From positions 1 to 53,461 of the forward strand of contig KZ538691.1 of NCBI GenBank assembly GCA_000934665.2: DNA of 53,461 bases, in the 5' to 3' direction. The notes beneath the pieces were generated by a model. That model did no database searches. It was not told the DNA's origin and saw only the letters and a list, made by a program, of their open reading frames with translations. Position 1 is the stretch's first letter. Every line of letters starts with the position of its first letter. The translations under genes were made by a program, and so were the position numbers. Source of the stretch: Catajapyx aquilonaris (Eukaryota). Positions 37,425-48,600 of the stretch are shown here, one piece after another.

Positions 37425-38243
37425 CATATTTCTTGGCACAACAATCAACAACAATCCCAGAAAAAGTTATTCATATGTTGTGGCTCATGATGGGAATCAA
37501 CCAACAGTGCTCTTGTACCACATCTACCCATCATTTCAAAATTTTTAGGGTACAGTGCCACAATTACGACGACATGCAATGATTAGCAATGCAGTGGCAT
37601 CTTATGTGGGAATGGTGACGAAAACATTTTATTTCCGTCAGAACATGTTTCTTTGTTTCCCCTCATGAGCTACAACAAATACATAAAAACGACTAAAGAA
37701 GCATTTCATGGAATGGATTTCTCAGACTTTCTTTGGACCTTGATTATGCAGTGAGCAAAACACAATGTGCAACAGTATTAGCGGACTAGTCAACAGCCTG
37801 TCAACTCTCATTGTTAAAACATTATTTACGCTTATTTTCTTCNNNNNCCTCCCCCCATCTTAACCATCAACAAACCTCTCAACGAGTCAACAAGGCAAGG
37901 TATCCTGAGGATATATGTCACTTCCAAAAATGGCAGACTTCAGAAACATAATCACAGCAGCTGAATAAGTAATACTCGTACGTTAAAATTTACAAGGATG
38001 GCTTGGAAAATGCAAATATGTTGGACCACGAAGCCCAGCCATATTGCACCACTGAAGGCAGATCGTCGACCGAGAGTTTAGCACAGGTCATCAGCTAATG
38101 TTTCCAACAATTGCAAACATAGCTCGGTTGCCTTCAGTGGTGCAACCCAACCAAAGTGGTTTAAATCACTTTGCAAAGGACAAAAATTGAGTACAACTCT
38201 TCCCTTTGGATAAAATTTGCCAGCACTTAACAGAGCTTCATAA

Positions 38244-38565
38244 AGGCCATTTCACAGAAAAAAATCGCGCGGCATATTTGTCGCATCGCCTCAGTTTGCT
38301 GGGTGTGCAAACACAAAAAGAGCTGCGACACGACTGACGACTAGTCTGGGAAACAAAAGACACGCAGTCACGTGACCGACAACCACGACTAATCCCTATT
38401 GGCTGCGTCATATTCAACGCGCGACAAATTCTGGCTGGCCTGTTCTTGCAGGGCGGGATATTTGTCGTGCGACAACCTCCGACGCGCGGCAAAAATTTTA
38501 TGTGAACTGCACTGCGACGCGTTTGCCGCTTGACACTGCCGCAAAATCTTCTTGTGAAATGGCCT
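38244..38565. mobile_element. PIF/Harbinger-like MITE
   Basis: TAA|AGGCCATTTCACA ... TGTGAAATGGCCT|TTA: short TIRs with TWA-type flanks and a CpG-rich interior. Confidence 0.72.
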
Positions 38566-38619
38566 TTAGGCTGCCCTTTTTTTGAACTTGCTGCTACCAA
38601 GAACTGCAAATTTAAAGTT

Positions 38620-38690
38620 TGGATGGGTTCTCTCCGTGTTCGTGTGGGTTTCCTCTGGGCTCTCCCATTTCCTCCCACATGGAAAAACCC
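38620..38690 (+). mobile_element. V-SINE-like core fragment
   Basis: GTTCTCTCCGTGTTCGTGTGGGTTTCCTCTGGGCTCTCCCATTTCCTCCCACA closely resembles the V-SINE central domain. Confidence 0.65.
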
Positions 38691-39067
38691 ATCGGAGCAC
38701 AGGCAAATGATTAAAGTCGGTTGTTGAAAAGACGATCCCCTAAAAGGCCCAAGGAGGCCTATCATGGGGTATCCATTATATTATTAAAACTGCAAATTTC
38801 AAAGACATCCTATAAGTCGAAGATTTCAAAATGTGTTTATCATGGCAGTGAATGCATCCAGCAACTTGCATGTGAAGCTTCGGATAATTCATATACTGTG
38901 GAGGAGGTAATATAGGCGCAATATTTTTACGGACACTTTCTCAAAATTCAGGTGAAAATGGCCATGATAATACTGCATCAATAGTGCATGTATTAATACT
39001 TCTCTTTTCTTTTTTTGATTCTGGATGGCATGACTCAGCCTTTCTCTTGTTGTATGTTGCCGTTTGC

Positions 39068-42000
39068 TTAGGACTGCTTCTTGTTCTGCGATGCATTCTG
39101 GTCTTCCAGGAGAATCTCTTCTCGACATTTGTCCTGCATTTTGCGGATTCTGGCCATGGGAAATGAACCCGGAATTGTGAATACGCCCTGAGGAAACAAA
39201 GGATTCACAGTCAACAGTTGCAGAGGTCCATATCACATACTACAACACAGTATTTCAACTGAAAGGTGCTGTAAAATGTCTGCAATGATTTACATATTAT
39301 ATGTCTGCAGATAGTTTTCATTGCCATGGAAAATCAACAAGAATGAGGCCATGAACTTCAAGCACACTCATGGGGATCTGCTTTTAGAGGCCAGCTTGAA
39401 AATACACATCTGAACAATAAAGGGTGCCTTCTGTTTCATGGTTGATTGATTGATGTCCAATCAATCAATCAACCATGAACCTAAAGGCATTTTTAATGGT
39501 GCAACAGCACATGCGATCAAACTAACAATTAGATGCAAAACATTCCCTTCAGTGAAAAAAAGGGTAGTAAGACCTCCGCGGCGGAATGAAAGTACTGAAA
39601 CAAGGCAGGCGCACCACCAATTGATTTAAGCTGTACCATAGGTCTTACTCAAGCAATTTCCAATTTACTACTCATGAAATCTCCTTTCTGAAAACAAATT
39701 TGTGGAATTTCTGTCGTACTACTAGTTGCTTCTAACTTAGCAGTACCAGTGTAGTGCAATGGTAGCCTACTGCTCTGTAGTAGACCTATATAGTTAATAG
39801 TAATAGTAGTACGACGAAAATTCCACCCATTAATTTTCCATGAGCCACTCCATATGAGTCAATGTTCTTAATAATGTGCTTAATATTGAAGTTCCTAATT
39901 TTAATACATAGAATTTGGGCGTTTGGTGGGGGAAACAATGTCCCAGGACAGGCTAGTTCTTGCCCATTGGTGGAGAGAAAAGTGAACACAAAGAGAAAAG
40001 AGAAGGGGGAGACGTGATGGGGGGAACTTGGCCACGCCTTTTGTGACCGCACTTCTTGAGCGGACTGTAGATATTCCGCATATACTGTAGCATAATTTAA
40101 TAATTAAATCAGCTTTTAAGAGTTGGCCGGTAATACCTGGCGATGGCGATGGCGATATAGCAGGTAGCAAAGGGGTTAACGGTACACTTGAATCCAGATA
40201 AAACAAACTCCAAGAGACTGCGGAAAAAGTTTGTTATAACCGAGGTCTGTTATAGACAATTCGTCATGCAATGAAAACAGAGATTTCTCCTTTCAATATG
40301 GCTGCAATATGCACTACAAGACTACGCACCGATTAATGAAATCTGTCAAAAATGTAATATTAGCTCTCCCGAAAATTATGAAGGATCAAAATTTCCGAAA
40401 TTTTCTTCTGCCGTCTCCTTTGTGCAAATATTGTACCTGGAAAACTATATTTTCCCACCAAGGGCTTAAGAAATGGTGTGCTCTATCCGAGGTGAGGTGA
40501 AAATGAGTCTGTTATATCAGGGAGTAAAATACACAGGCCTTATGGAAGCATGCCGGGACCGGCCTTCATAACCAAAAGTCTTTGTAGTTATAGCCGAGGC
40601 TGTCATATCCGGATTCAGCTGTAATAAGTACAATCCGCTCACCCCAGAGCAGGGGGGTAACATTTCGCTAACAATATGGCGAGGTGTAAATAGGAATTGA
40701 CATTGCTAGGTGATGGAATCATGAACAAATGAAGTATTTGACGGAAAAAAAATCAGAACTTAAATTCTGCAGCAGGTGGAACTGCGAGGTTTTGAACATA
40801 GATCCGCACCATCCTACTGCGCATCTGGCCCTTTGATGAAGAAACCTAATTCCGAATAGTTATTGAGCAAAAAAATAGAAACGTATTTTTCATTTTTTTT
40901 GCGGCGTCAGGGAGCATATACTACATGAGAGGCGCAAACGTCTGTCGGCGCCTTTGATGTTCGTGTCTCTCTGTTTATAGGGCATTGCCAAGGCTGGCGG
41001 CCATTTTGAAGTGTGCGGAACGCCAACGAGGTATAAATAGGGTGCAGGCAAAAATAGGGTCCGCCATCTTTGATGGTTTTGGCGGCCATGGCAACTACAC
41101 GGCAAGAACACGCGTGAATTTGAATTCGATATTGGAATGGGTAAGTAAATTGTTATTGCCGTGTATTGCCACGGCAGACACGGCAGACGGCAGACCTTGA
41201 TGGCCTGCCTATACCCTATTTATACCTCGTTGGCGTTCCACACACTTCAAAATGGCCGCCAGCCTTGGCAACGCCCAAAACAGAGAGACACAAAAATCAA
41301 ATGTTTGCGCCTCTTATGTAGTATATGCTCCCTGGCGGCGTTTTGAAGAGAAATTGAGTTTAGCTGTAAATGGTAGGAATGCACTTCACGATGGTGGGGA
41401 TCTGTGTTCAAAATTTGGAAGCTCTACCTACAGCAGAACTTGAGTTAGGGCGAATAAAAAAAGCGTAACAACAACAAGATGTTGAAGAAATTCATTGTTG
41501 AAATCTATGCTATGGTCCTACTTAGGGGCTATCGCCCCTAAAATTAAGAGAGCAGATGATTTGGATGCCAGATATGACATACTTTGCATAAAATTCCCTC
41601 CTGCAAAATAAGTCGTACCTTCAGAAAGTCATGACTGGCCACCACAAAGGGGTCTTGCATCATTTGCTTGAAGACGGTAATGATGTCGGGTAAGTCCCTG
41701 CAGGCAGCCACCTTCTCCCTGTTGGCCATGACCAGAGTGAGCGCAACCCTGAACAGGACCTTGACTCCCTCGTAGAAAAGACAGTCCCAGACTCTCAAGC
41801 AGGTCTCGGTGGGCAGCACATCAGCATAGCAGCACATGAACCACTTGGCAACAAGCAGGGCCCAAGTCGCCCCTGTCTCCTCCACCTTTGCATGGACCTC
41901 TGGACATTTCCACTGAACCAGCTCACCCAGTGTACCAAAGTCCGTCTTGACACCAATCAGCTCCTCCGAATAGTACTCGGGGGTTAGGATGCGCTCAGTC

Positions 42001-42737
42001 ATTGCCTTCAGTAACCAGAAGGAGTCCTCCTCACTTCTCGTCACCACTAGCAAAAGTGCTGCTATGTAGTTCAACCCCTGTGAAGATCATCATCAGTGTA
42101 AATTGCTCCTGGCTATTAATTTCACACATTACCCTTCATTGAGAACACTTCCTCACCTGACAATACCCAATGGTGGTGTTGTCGTGTGCATATGCAACTA
42201 ATACGTTGTGGAGTCTGTGTAGCTGCCCATCCTCTGTGTCAGTGAAGTGAATGTTGTCCGGGAAGGTCCTAGGGACGTCCACTGATATGGAGTCCACCAC
42301 ATCTGCACGGAGGGGACCGTTGAGGCGCTTCCGGTACAGCTCCGGGTTTTGTTCCTTGAGCTGCCTGGCACCGCTCAGTTCCATCCAGACCTGCCCCCTC
42401 AGTTTGGCTGGGATCCCCTTCCTGACGTACCTTTTGGTCCTGGTACCCCGCCTGATCTCCTTCTTTCCAGCCAGCAGCCCCTCCCACTTCTGGGCTCGCC
42501 TTGACAGCACCCCCAAGTACCCTTCCATGAATTGCTCATAGCTGGAGTAGTCAAAGTTGTCAGGGCGCTGGAACCCATACTCGTCTACTTTACTGAAACA
42601 AAAATAAGGCAATGTGACTGAATTACGCCTACTGAACAGGTTCACCTGGGCAGGTCATCTTTTACCATGGACAGGACCTACCTATGATGCATTTTCGGCC
42701 GAATTTTCCTTGGTGGCTTAGAGGCAGACACTCCCAT
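39068..42737 (-). CDS. GRTP1: Growth hormone-regulated TBC protein 1 (TBC1D6, Rab GAP); exons 42682-42737 (tentative), 42157-42592, 41619-42077, 39068-39187
   Basis: VDEYGFQRP.NFDY..YE.FM..YL.VL.RR..KW, KRYVRKGIP, ISVDVPRTFP (R finger), GYCQG+NYIA (Q finger) and LRVWDCLFYEG.KVLFRVAL are present. The last exon, GVFTIPGSFPMARIRKMQDKCR, resembles the GRTP1 C-terminus. Confidence 0.92.
39435..39479. repeat. Perfect 20-bp palindrome, 5-nt loop
   Basis: ttcatggttgattgattgat-gtcca-atcaatcaatcaaccatgaa. Confidence 0.93.
40185..40621. mobile_element. TA-flanked Tc1/mariner- or pogo-type MITE
   Basis: TA|CACTTGAATCCAGATA ... TATCCGGATTCAGCTG|TA, with repeated internal GTTATA(A/G)CCGAGG-type subterminal motifs. 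Confidence 0.68.
40908..41334. mobile_element. Fold-back MITE with CA...TG ends and 7-bp TSD (P-element-like)
   Basis: GCGGCGT|CAGGGAGCATATACTACA ... TGTAGTATATGCTCCCTG|GCGGCGT, with imperfect arms of about 130-140 bp. Confidence 0.88.
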
Positions 42738-43333
42738 TTGCTGTCTGTATGTTTAAATGCCTCAGCCAGACTGCACTTGTGTCAACATATGCTGGCCAGA
42801 CCAATCATGGCGCATGACCCATCATGATGCACCGTGCATTTCCTTTATCTCAGCAGTCATACTCACAGGGTACGACATGACTGCATCAGTTAACATATGT
42901 CATGCACCACGTAAAGGTATGCCTTGTACCTGCCCGCCTCCTTCCCCTGCACCATTCCCGACCTCTCCTGTTGTCCCCAGAGTGAAAGACCTGCTGCACA
43001 TCCTCTCACCTGAACCTGGAGGCCATGTCCCAGCAGCCCTCCTAGGTCTCGCCCCAGGTGCTGCACCTCCTAGAGTGGTGCCCGGTGTCGTCCCCGTGAT
43101 GGCATGATCCGCCCACCAAGGCCAGTGTGCAGGTGCAGCAGGAGGAGGAGGAGGAGGCAAAAGCAGCCTTCCCTCACAGCGACATGTTGGGTCTCAGTTC
43201 CCCTCGTCGGACCGATCCACATGGACGACGCCATGTTGGGACCCCTCTCCATTGACACAAGGAATGACGGGCCGAACAAGCGGGGGCTTTAGAACCGGAT
43301 TTATTTTGTGCTGGACCCAACAGCTAATCAAAA

Positions 43334-44862
43334 TTAATTCGAATTGGGAAATACTGGGAAGCAGTCTCCCAGGGAAGCGAAGAATCCTCGTCCAGAGTCC
43401 TTTTCGAGAGTGGTTGGGCCATCAGCGTCCTCCTGGTAGTATTCAACGACCTCCTCCACCCGCCATTCAACATCGACCTCGTGTGTATTTCCCTCCTGAG
43501 GTGCCTCCCCTTCTCCCTCAGCTGGGTTTCGCTCCTTGCTGCATACCTCTCCGTCCATCACCTCTTCCAAGTACGCCCCTATGTCTTCCATGTTCTCTCC
43601 TGCTTCAGCTTCCTGAATCGGATCTTTGGTGTGAAATCATGTTAGGATGATTGTTAACCTAGGCGTACCGAGTATGGTTCGACAGCAACCTCCTCTTCGA
43701 CCACCTGCTCATCTTCGCCACTAGGACTATCCGGAGCCGGGGGTCTGTGTGGAGGCATGTTGAAGGCGATGCGATCCGCGTGTACCGCCATGTACATCAG
43801 CATTTCGGTGAATATGGCTCCGAACCGTTTGTCCAGGTACGACTTGGAGGTCCGTCGCACCAGTGCTGGCGCGATGTACGCAGACAGATCGTGCAGGAGA
43901 TACACATTCAACTCTTTGGAACCCTGAATAACCGACAGCCTCTTCAGCAGCTTGAGCAACCCGCGGAAGAACAGCTGCTTCTCCGGAGACATGCCTAGAA
44001 ACGGCCTGTACCAATCATGAGACAATGCTCGAATTTACCAACACTCTTGACTAACTTTCGAATCCTGACCCACTGATGACGAGGCATATGCTCCATCCAG
44101 TGATCCTGTCTCATTTCCTTCCGACACAACGTTGCTTGCTCGATCCACAGCCAGTACTGCTCCGGTGGGGTGTTGTATGACCCCAGAAGAGGTGTAGGAA
44201 GATGCTTCAGGAAACTGCGGAGGAAGCGGAACAACACCGGAGACGAATAGAAGCTCATCACCTCCCCCAGCTCATCCTGTAAAGCAGGAAAAAAAAGCCC
44301 GTAACTGCTAGGCAGATACGGCATTCTTGCGTATGCTGAAGATTTCTAATGCTTTTTCAAGCCCAGTGCAAATATCAACAGAGAAAGGACTCCCACAGTG
44401 TGTCTAGCGCTCTCTCCCACTAAGCTCCTTCGCTAATTTAAAAGGTTTCAACCGCGTGTCTCACGCTTAATGGAACGGGATAATCTCGCCTTCAAGTCCT
44501 CCTCATCCACGAAGCAAACTTCCTTTAAAGCCTTCTTCAGCTTCTTCTTGCATTTTTTGGTGTCGGTCGAATCCACTTTTTCCAAGGGATGAGGTATGTT
44601 CCCATTGCAGGTCAGCTGGACCAGCAGAACCTATTCACAAAGGATGTGTTCATCCGTATTGTTTCATATGACAATAGGTTACCTCTATGAGTGGACCTAG
44701 TCGTCGAGAAGTGCATAGTTGCTCCAGTGGCGCCTGGTGGCGCCCAGCACTTGAACACATTTGTTAGGTCAGGTCATGTGGATGTAATGGTCACCACCTT
44801 ACCTGCTACTAGTCGAGGAGAGATTTCCCATGGGATCGAATTTCATAATTCCTTTTGCGTAT
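43334..44862 (-). CDS. Divergent RhoGAP-domain-like protein with acidic C-terminal region (ends uncertain); exons include 44803-44862, 44683-44749, ~44490-44630, 44039-44276, ~43669-43994, ~43334-43612
   Basis: The spliced translation gives LEQLCTSRRLGPLIEVLLVQLTCNG...SSPVLFRFLRSFLKHLPTPLLG (cf. LLK.FLRELPEPLL) ... MSPEKQLFFRGLLKLLKRL...LHDLSAYIAPALVR (cf. NLA.VFGPTLL). A 44-nt GT-AG intron (43995-44038) joins the two ORFs in frame. Confidence 0.62.
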
Positions 44863-45672
44863 CTATAGAAACAGGGTGTTGACATTACAAATGTGGGCAT
44901 GAATGAAATTCTCTGAAGCTTCGTGTTGGCGGCACACTTGGGAGTATAAGCGACCCCCGTGTCAGCTAACACAATCTATTAAATTAGAAGCGCTTTTCAG
45001 ATGTCACCTTTTATTATTTAGACATGTAATAACATTTGGACATGTAGTCACTTGCATTATGTTGAAGCAATGCTACCTATGAGGTGGAAATACCAACAAA
45101 ACGGTCGTTGTCCTTTGAGAGGCCTTCCTCATATGCCGCTGGTCGTTCAAACGAAACTGGGTGACTCACAAGCAAAATAAAGTCAGGTTTGATGAACGTT
45201 CTAAGTTGAGGTGGTATGACACGTGTGGGAGTAAAAACGACATTAACTGTACACCATACCCTAACGACAAAAAGGTGACTAAATAATTGGTGTCTCAGAA
45301 GACAGTCAAAATTCTGGGGTCGTGACTTCTGAGACACTCATCTTAACAGTTTTCAGAGATAAGTTTAACTTGGTTCATTGGAAACGTGAGATGGTTTCGA
45401 TGAGGCAATAACGACGCCTCTTCCAGCAGGGTGATTGGTCGTTTAGATTATGGTAATTGCAATAGTAGCCAAGCTTACTGGGAAGAAGGGAATTTGTCTG
45501 CAAACAATTCCGTTGCCCCAAATGGGATGTAACATTACGGCAACAAGGTAATGCAACAATTCCCACGATTTCCAAAATTTTCAGTCGGGTCAACACTGCG
45601 GAGGAACAAATGTCTCTTTTTTTCAGGAAGTGTGGAAGGAAGAAGAACGGGGTCAATTTTAGGTACTTTTGT

Positions 45673-48600
45673 TCACCCTAGGAGTCGGTTCATGAGATAA
45701 GAGTAGAAGGAATAGTTGGACCTGTGGGCCACAGGTCGCCTGGCGTGAGATGACCTGGCCGCCATGAAATTGGGCAGGTTTGGATTTTCGTTTTGGTACG
45801 GGTAACTGGAGGTGGTACTGGTCGTTGACAGAGGAGTGGTGGAGTAGGCGGAAGCAGTGGACGAGTTCCATGTTGAGGTGTGGTCAGTGGAGTTGACCTC
45901 TGCCAGAGTGTCGTTCACCAGGTCGTCGATGTTGTCTGATGAGGTGGATGACGTATCGGATACTTCGGTGGTGTTTGCTTCGTCCGTGTTGGTCACATTG
46001 TCCATGGTTCCGGTGTCGATCTGGCTGTTGGTAGTGACATCGCTCGTGCTGTTGTTGATGGGGCCATCAATTAGCTCCTCGACTGTGGCGTTGTTAGCAA
46101 CCTCGTTGGTCATATTGGCGACTAAGGGAGTGGTCACCTCCGTACCATTCACGTCTGATGTCATATTAAGCGCCTCCATAGTTTGATCCGCCCCTAAAGA
46201 CATGGACGGCGGCTGCGACGTCAATACCACAGGTTTCGCCTTGGCAGCTGACGCCACATCGACCAACCATCCGACAGGATCGTCAACTGGTCGGTCCTGA
46301 AGTTGAGGAACGATAGTGGGTCCCTCCTTCTCAATCAACGGAGTGCCAGTATCGGTGTACAGAACCTCGTACATGTTAATCCCGCTAACGTCCTCCACTC
46401 CTTCAGCCTTGGCAATATCATTGATCAGAATGTCTCCCACGAGGCTCTTGGGCGGCTCGTCAACCGAGGTGTTGTTAGTTAATGAAATGTGTCGCCATAT
46501 TTCAAAGGTCAAGGTCTGGCTCTCCTGCTGCGGCTCCTCATTAGTTCTGTTCACATTAGTCAGGTTATCCTCCAAGCTCGGCACCTCTTCGGTGACCTCC
46601 TCCGACTCATCTTCCTGTGGGCTTCCAGTCCGATTCTTCTTCCTCTTCAGCCTTCGAAGCAAAGTTGTTGTCTTCTCATGCGACGGTGTGGTCACCTCCA
46701 TTGTCGACGAGGTCACCTGTATGGCCACCGTTGACGTGTCCGGTGGCACGCTGCGTGATGGCCTCCACGAAATGGTCCATCCCTGTGTGCTGGATCCTGC
46801 AAACAAAGAGAACGGAACAAATGAGACAAAAAAACCAACGTACTGTTTGGACAACCGTACACATGTCGAGTTGAATTACGTATCGATTTCGTTCAATCCC
46901 CGTGGTGCCGAGGGCTTGAAATTAACCCCCGCCTCTAGCTCCATGCTTGGCAAAGCATCTTGGCCATCAATTTCATTCCGGGACATTTCGCCTCCAACGT
47001 CAGTGCTCACTGGTGTGAAGGAGTTACAGATTACTCCGCAAAAAAGTAGACGTGACCATGTATAGCCACACAAAAAATAGGGCCAGTACTTGGGGGGGTA
47101 ACACTGACAAACAGTAAACATGTCGTCAGCAATTTCATCCCCGGCCATCTGGATAACCTAATAAAATTTTGTCAGTCAAACAATAGTGGGGCTGTTGATA
47201 GAGGCAAGAGTTTGGCTCTAATAACCCTCCTGGTGTCCACCAAACCTATCGATCGTCCCGTATCCAAATAAAGCCTCCCGTCAGTATCCACACAGTATCC
47301 TATAGTAGGAAGAACCCCTCCCTTAACCTTAATGTTGCTATAGCTCACCACATCCCAGAAGCTGTTAGCAAATTTGATTCCCATCGGAAGTAACTCCCTT
47401 TTGCCAAACACTTCATAATAATCTGTCCATGTAGTCAACTGACTATAGCCTAGTCAGTTGACTACATGGGCAGATTAGCCTTAGTAGATGGCAGTGGCAG
47501 TGTGTGGCAGTCGTGGGATGGCCTGACCGGTGTGTCTTACCATCTCTTTCGGTAGAAACACCCTCTTTGGCAGTGGCCATCTCCGGTATGTCCTGCATAG
47601 CAGTGGGCATCTCCACGGTGCTGCTTCCTTGCCTGATGGTGACCCCCGGCTCTGTTCCGACCTCCTCACACTCGGGCTTCTCTGGTGGCTCCGGATCCTG
47701 CAAGAGTTGAACCCAGTCTTATTGACTAATCGTGTCACGTCCAACGACATCCTACTTTGAAATCCTTCTGGCGACAGCTGAGGCCGGACACTGGGGGTTT
47801 GGGCTCTCCGGGGCACTGATATTGCACTTCTAGGCTGGCGTTGCTGGCCTGATAGGTGGCATCCACCAAGCGAATCGGACCCTGAGGATCCAGAAGGTCG
47901 GTCAGGTCACAGCTGCTCTCATCGGACCGGGACACCCAGGTCGGAGCTGTGGAAGATATACCATGTCATTTTTACATTGCGGAACTGCTGGTGCTTAGAT
48001 GTAGTGTTGCCAACAGTTTGAATCTACCCGCACGTTCTACATCCCGCACTGTACAAACAGACGGAAATTCGATGAGTAAACTTGCGGGGAAGCCCGGTAC
48101 GGGTTGCTGAAAATATGGCCACCCTGGAGATCCCGGCTGGAAGAGGCTTCAATATCAAGTAAAATCCCTGCTTATACAGGGTGCTCAAAAACTCGCGGAA
48201 AGTCGCCAGGTAGCCTGATAGGACTCGCAAAACTAATATAGGGATGTGGAAGTAGTTTTGGGCTAACTTGCATAGTTTTTGCGTACGACGCCTTCAAGAT
48301 TTCGGCAGTTTCATGACGTCACATCCGCCTTGAGGCCCCCATTGCGTCATCATACATGTTGTTGTGTCTGTTGCCATTGGCACTGATTATTGGTGCGAAT
48401 ATTGTCAACTGTGATTGTTGAGAAATAAACAACGATTTCAGTCTGGCAATTGACCGTTGTTTATTTCTCAACAATCACAGTTGACAATATTCGCAACAAT
48501 AATCAGTGCCAATGGCAACAGCCACAACAACATGTATGATGACGCAATGGGGGCCTCATGGCGGATGTGACGTCATGAAACTGCCGAAATCTTGAAGGCG

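Noticed and set aside
44514..44552. Minus-strand CKKKLKKALKEVC has the same C-x11-C spacing and L/AL/VC positions as an insulin B chain, with a KR site downstream
   Set aside because: There is no signal peptide and no A chain (CC-x3-C-x8-C) downstream, and the segment fits better as part of the RhoGAP-like gene.
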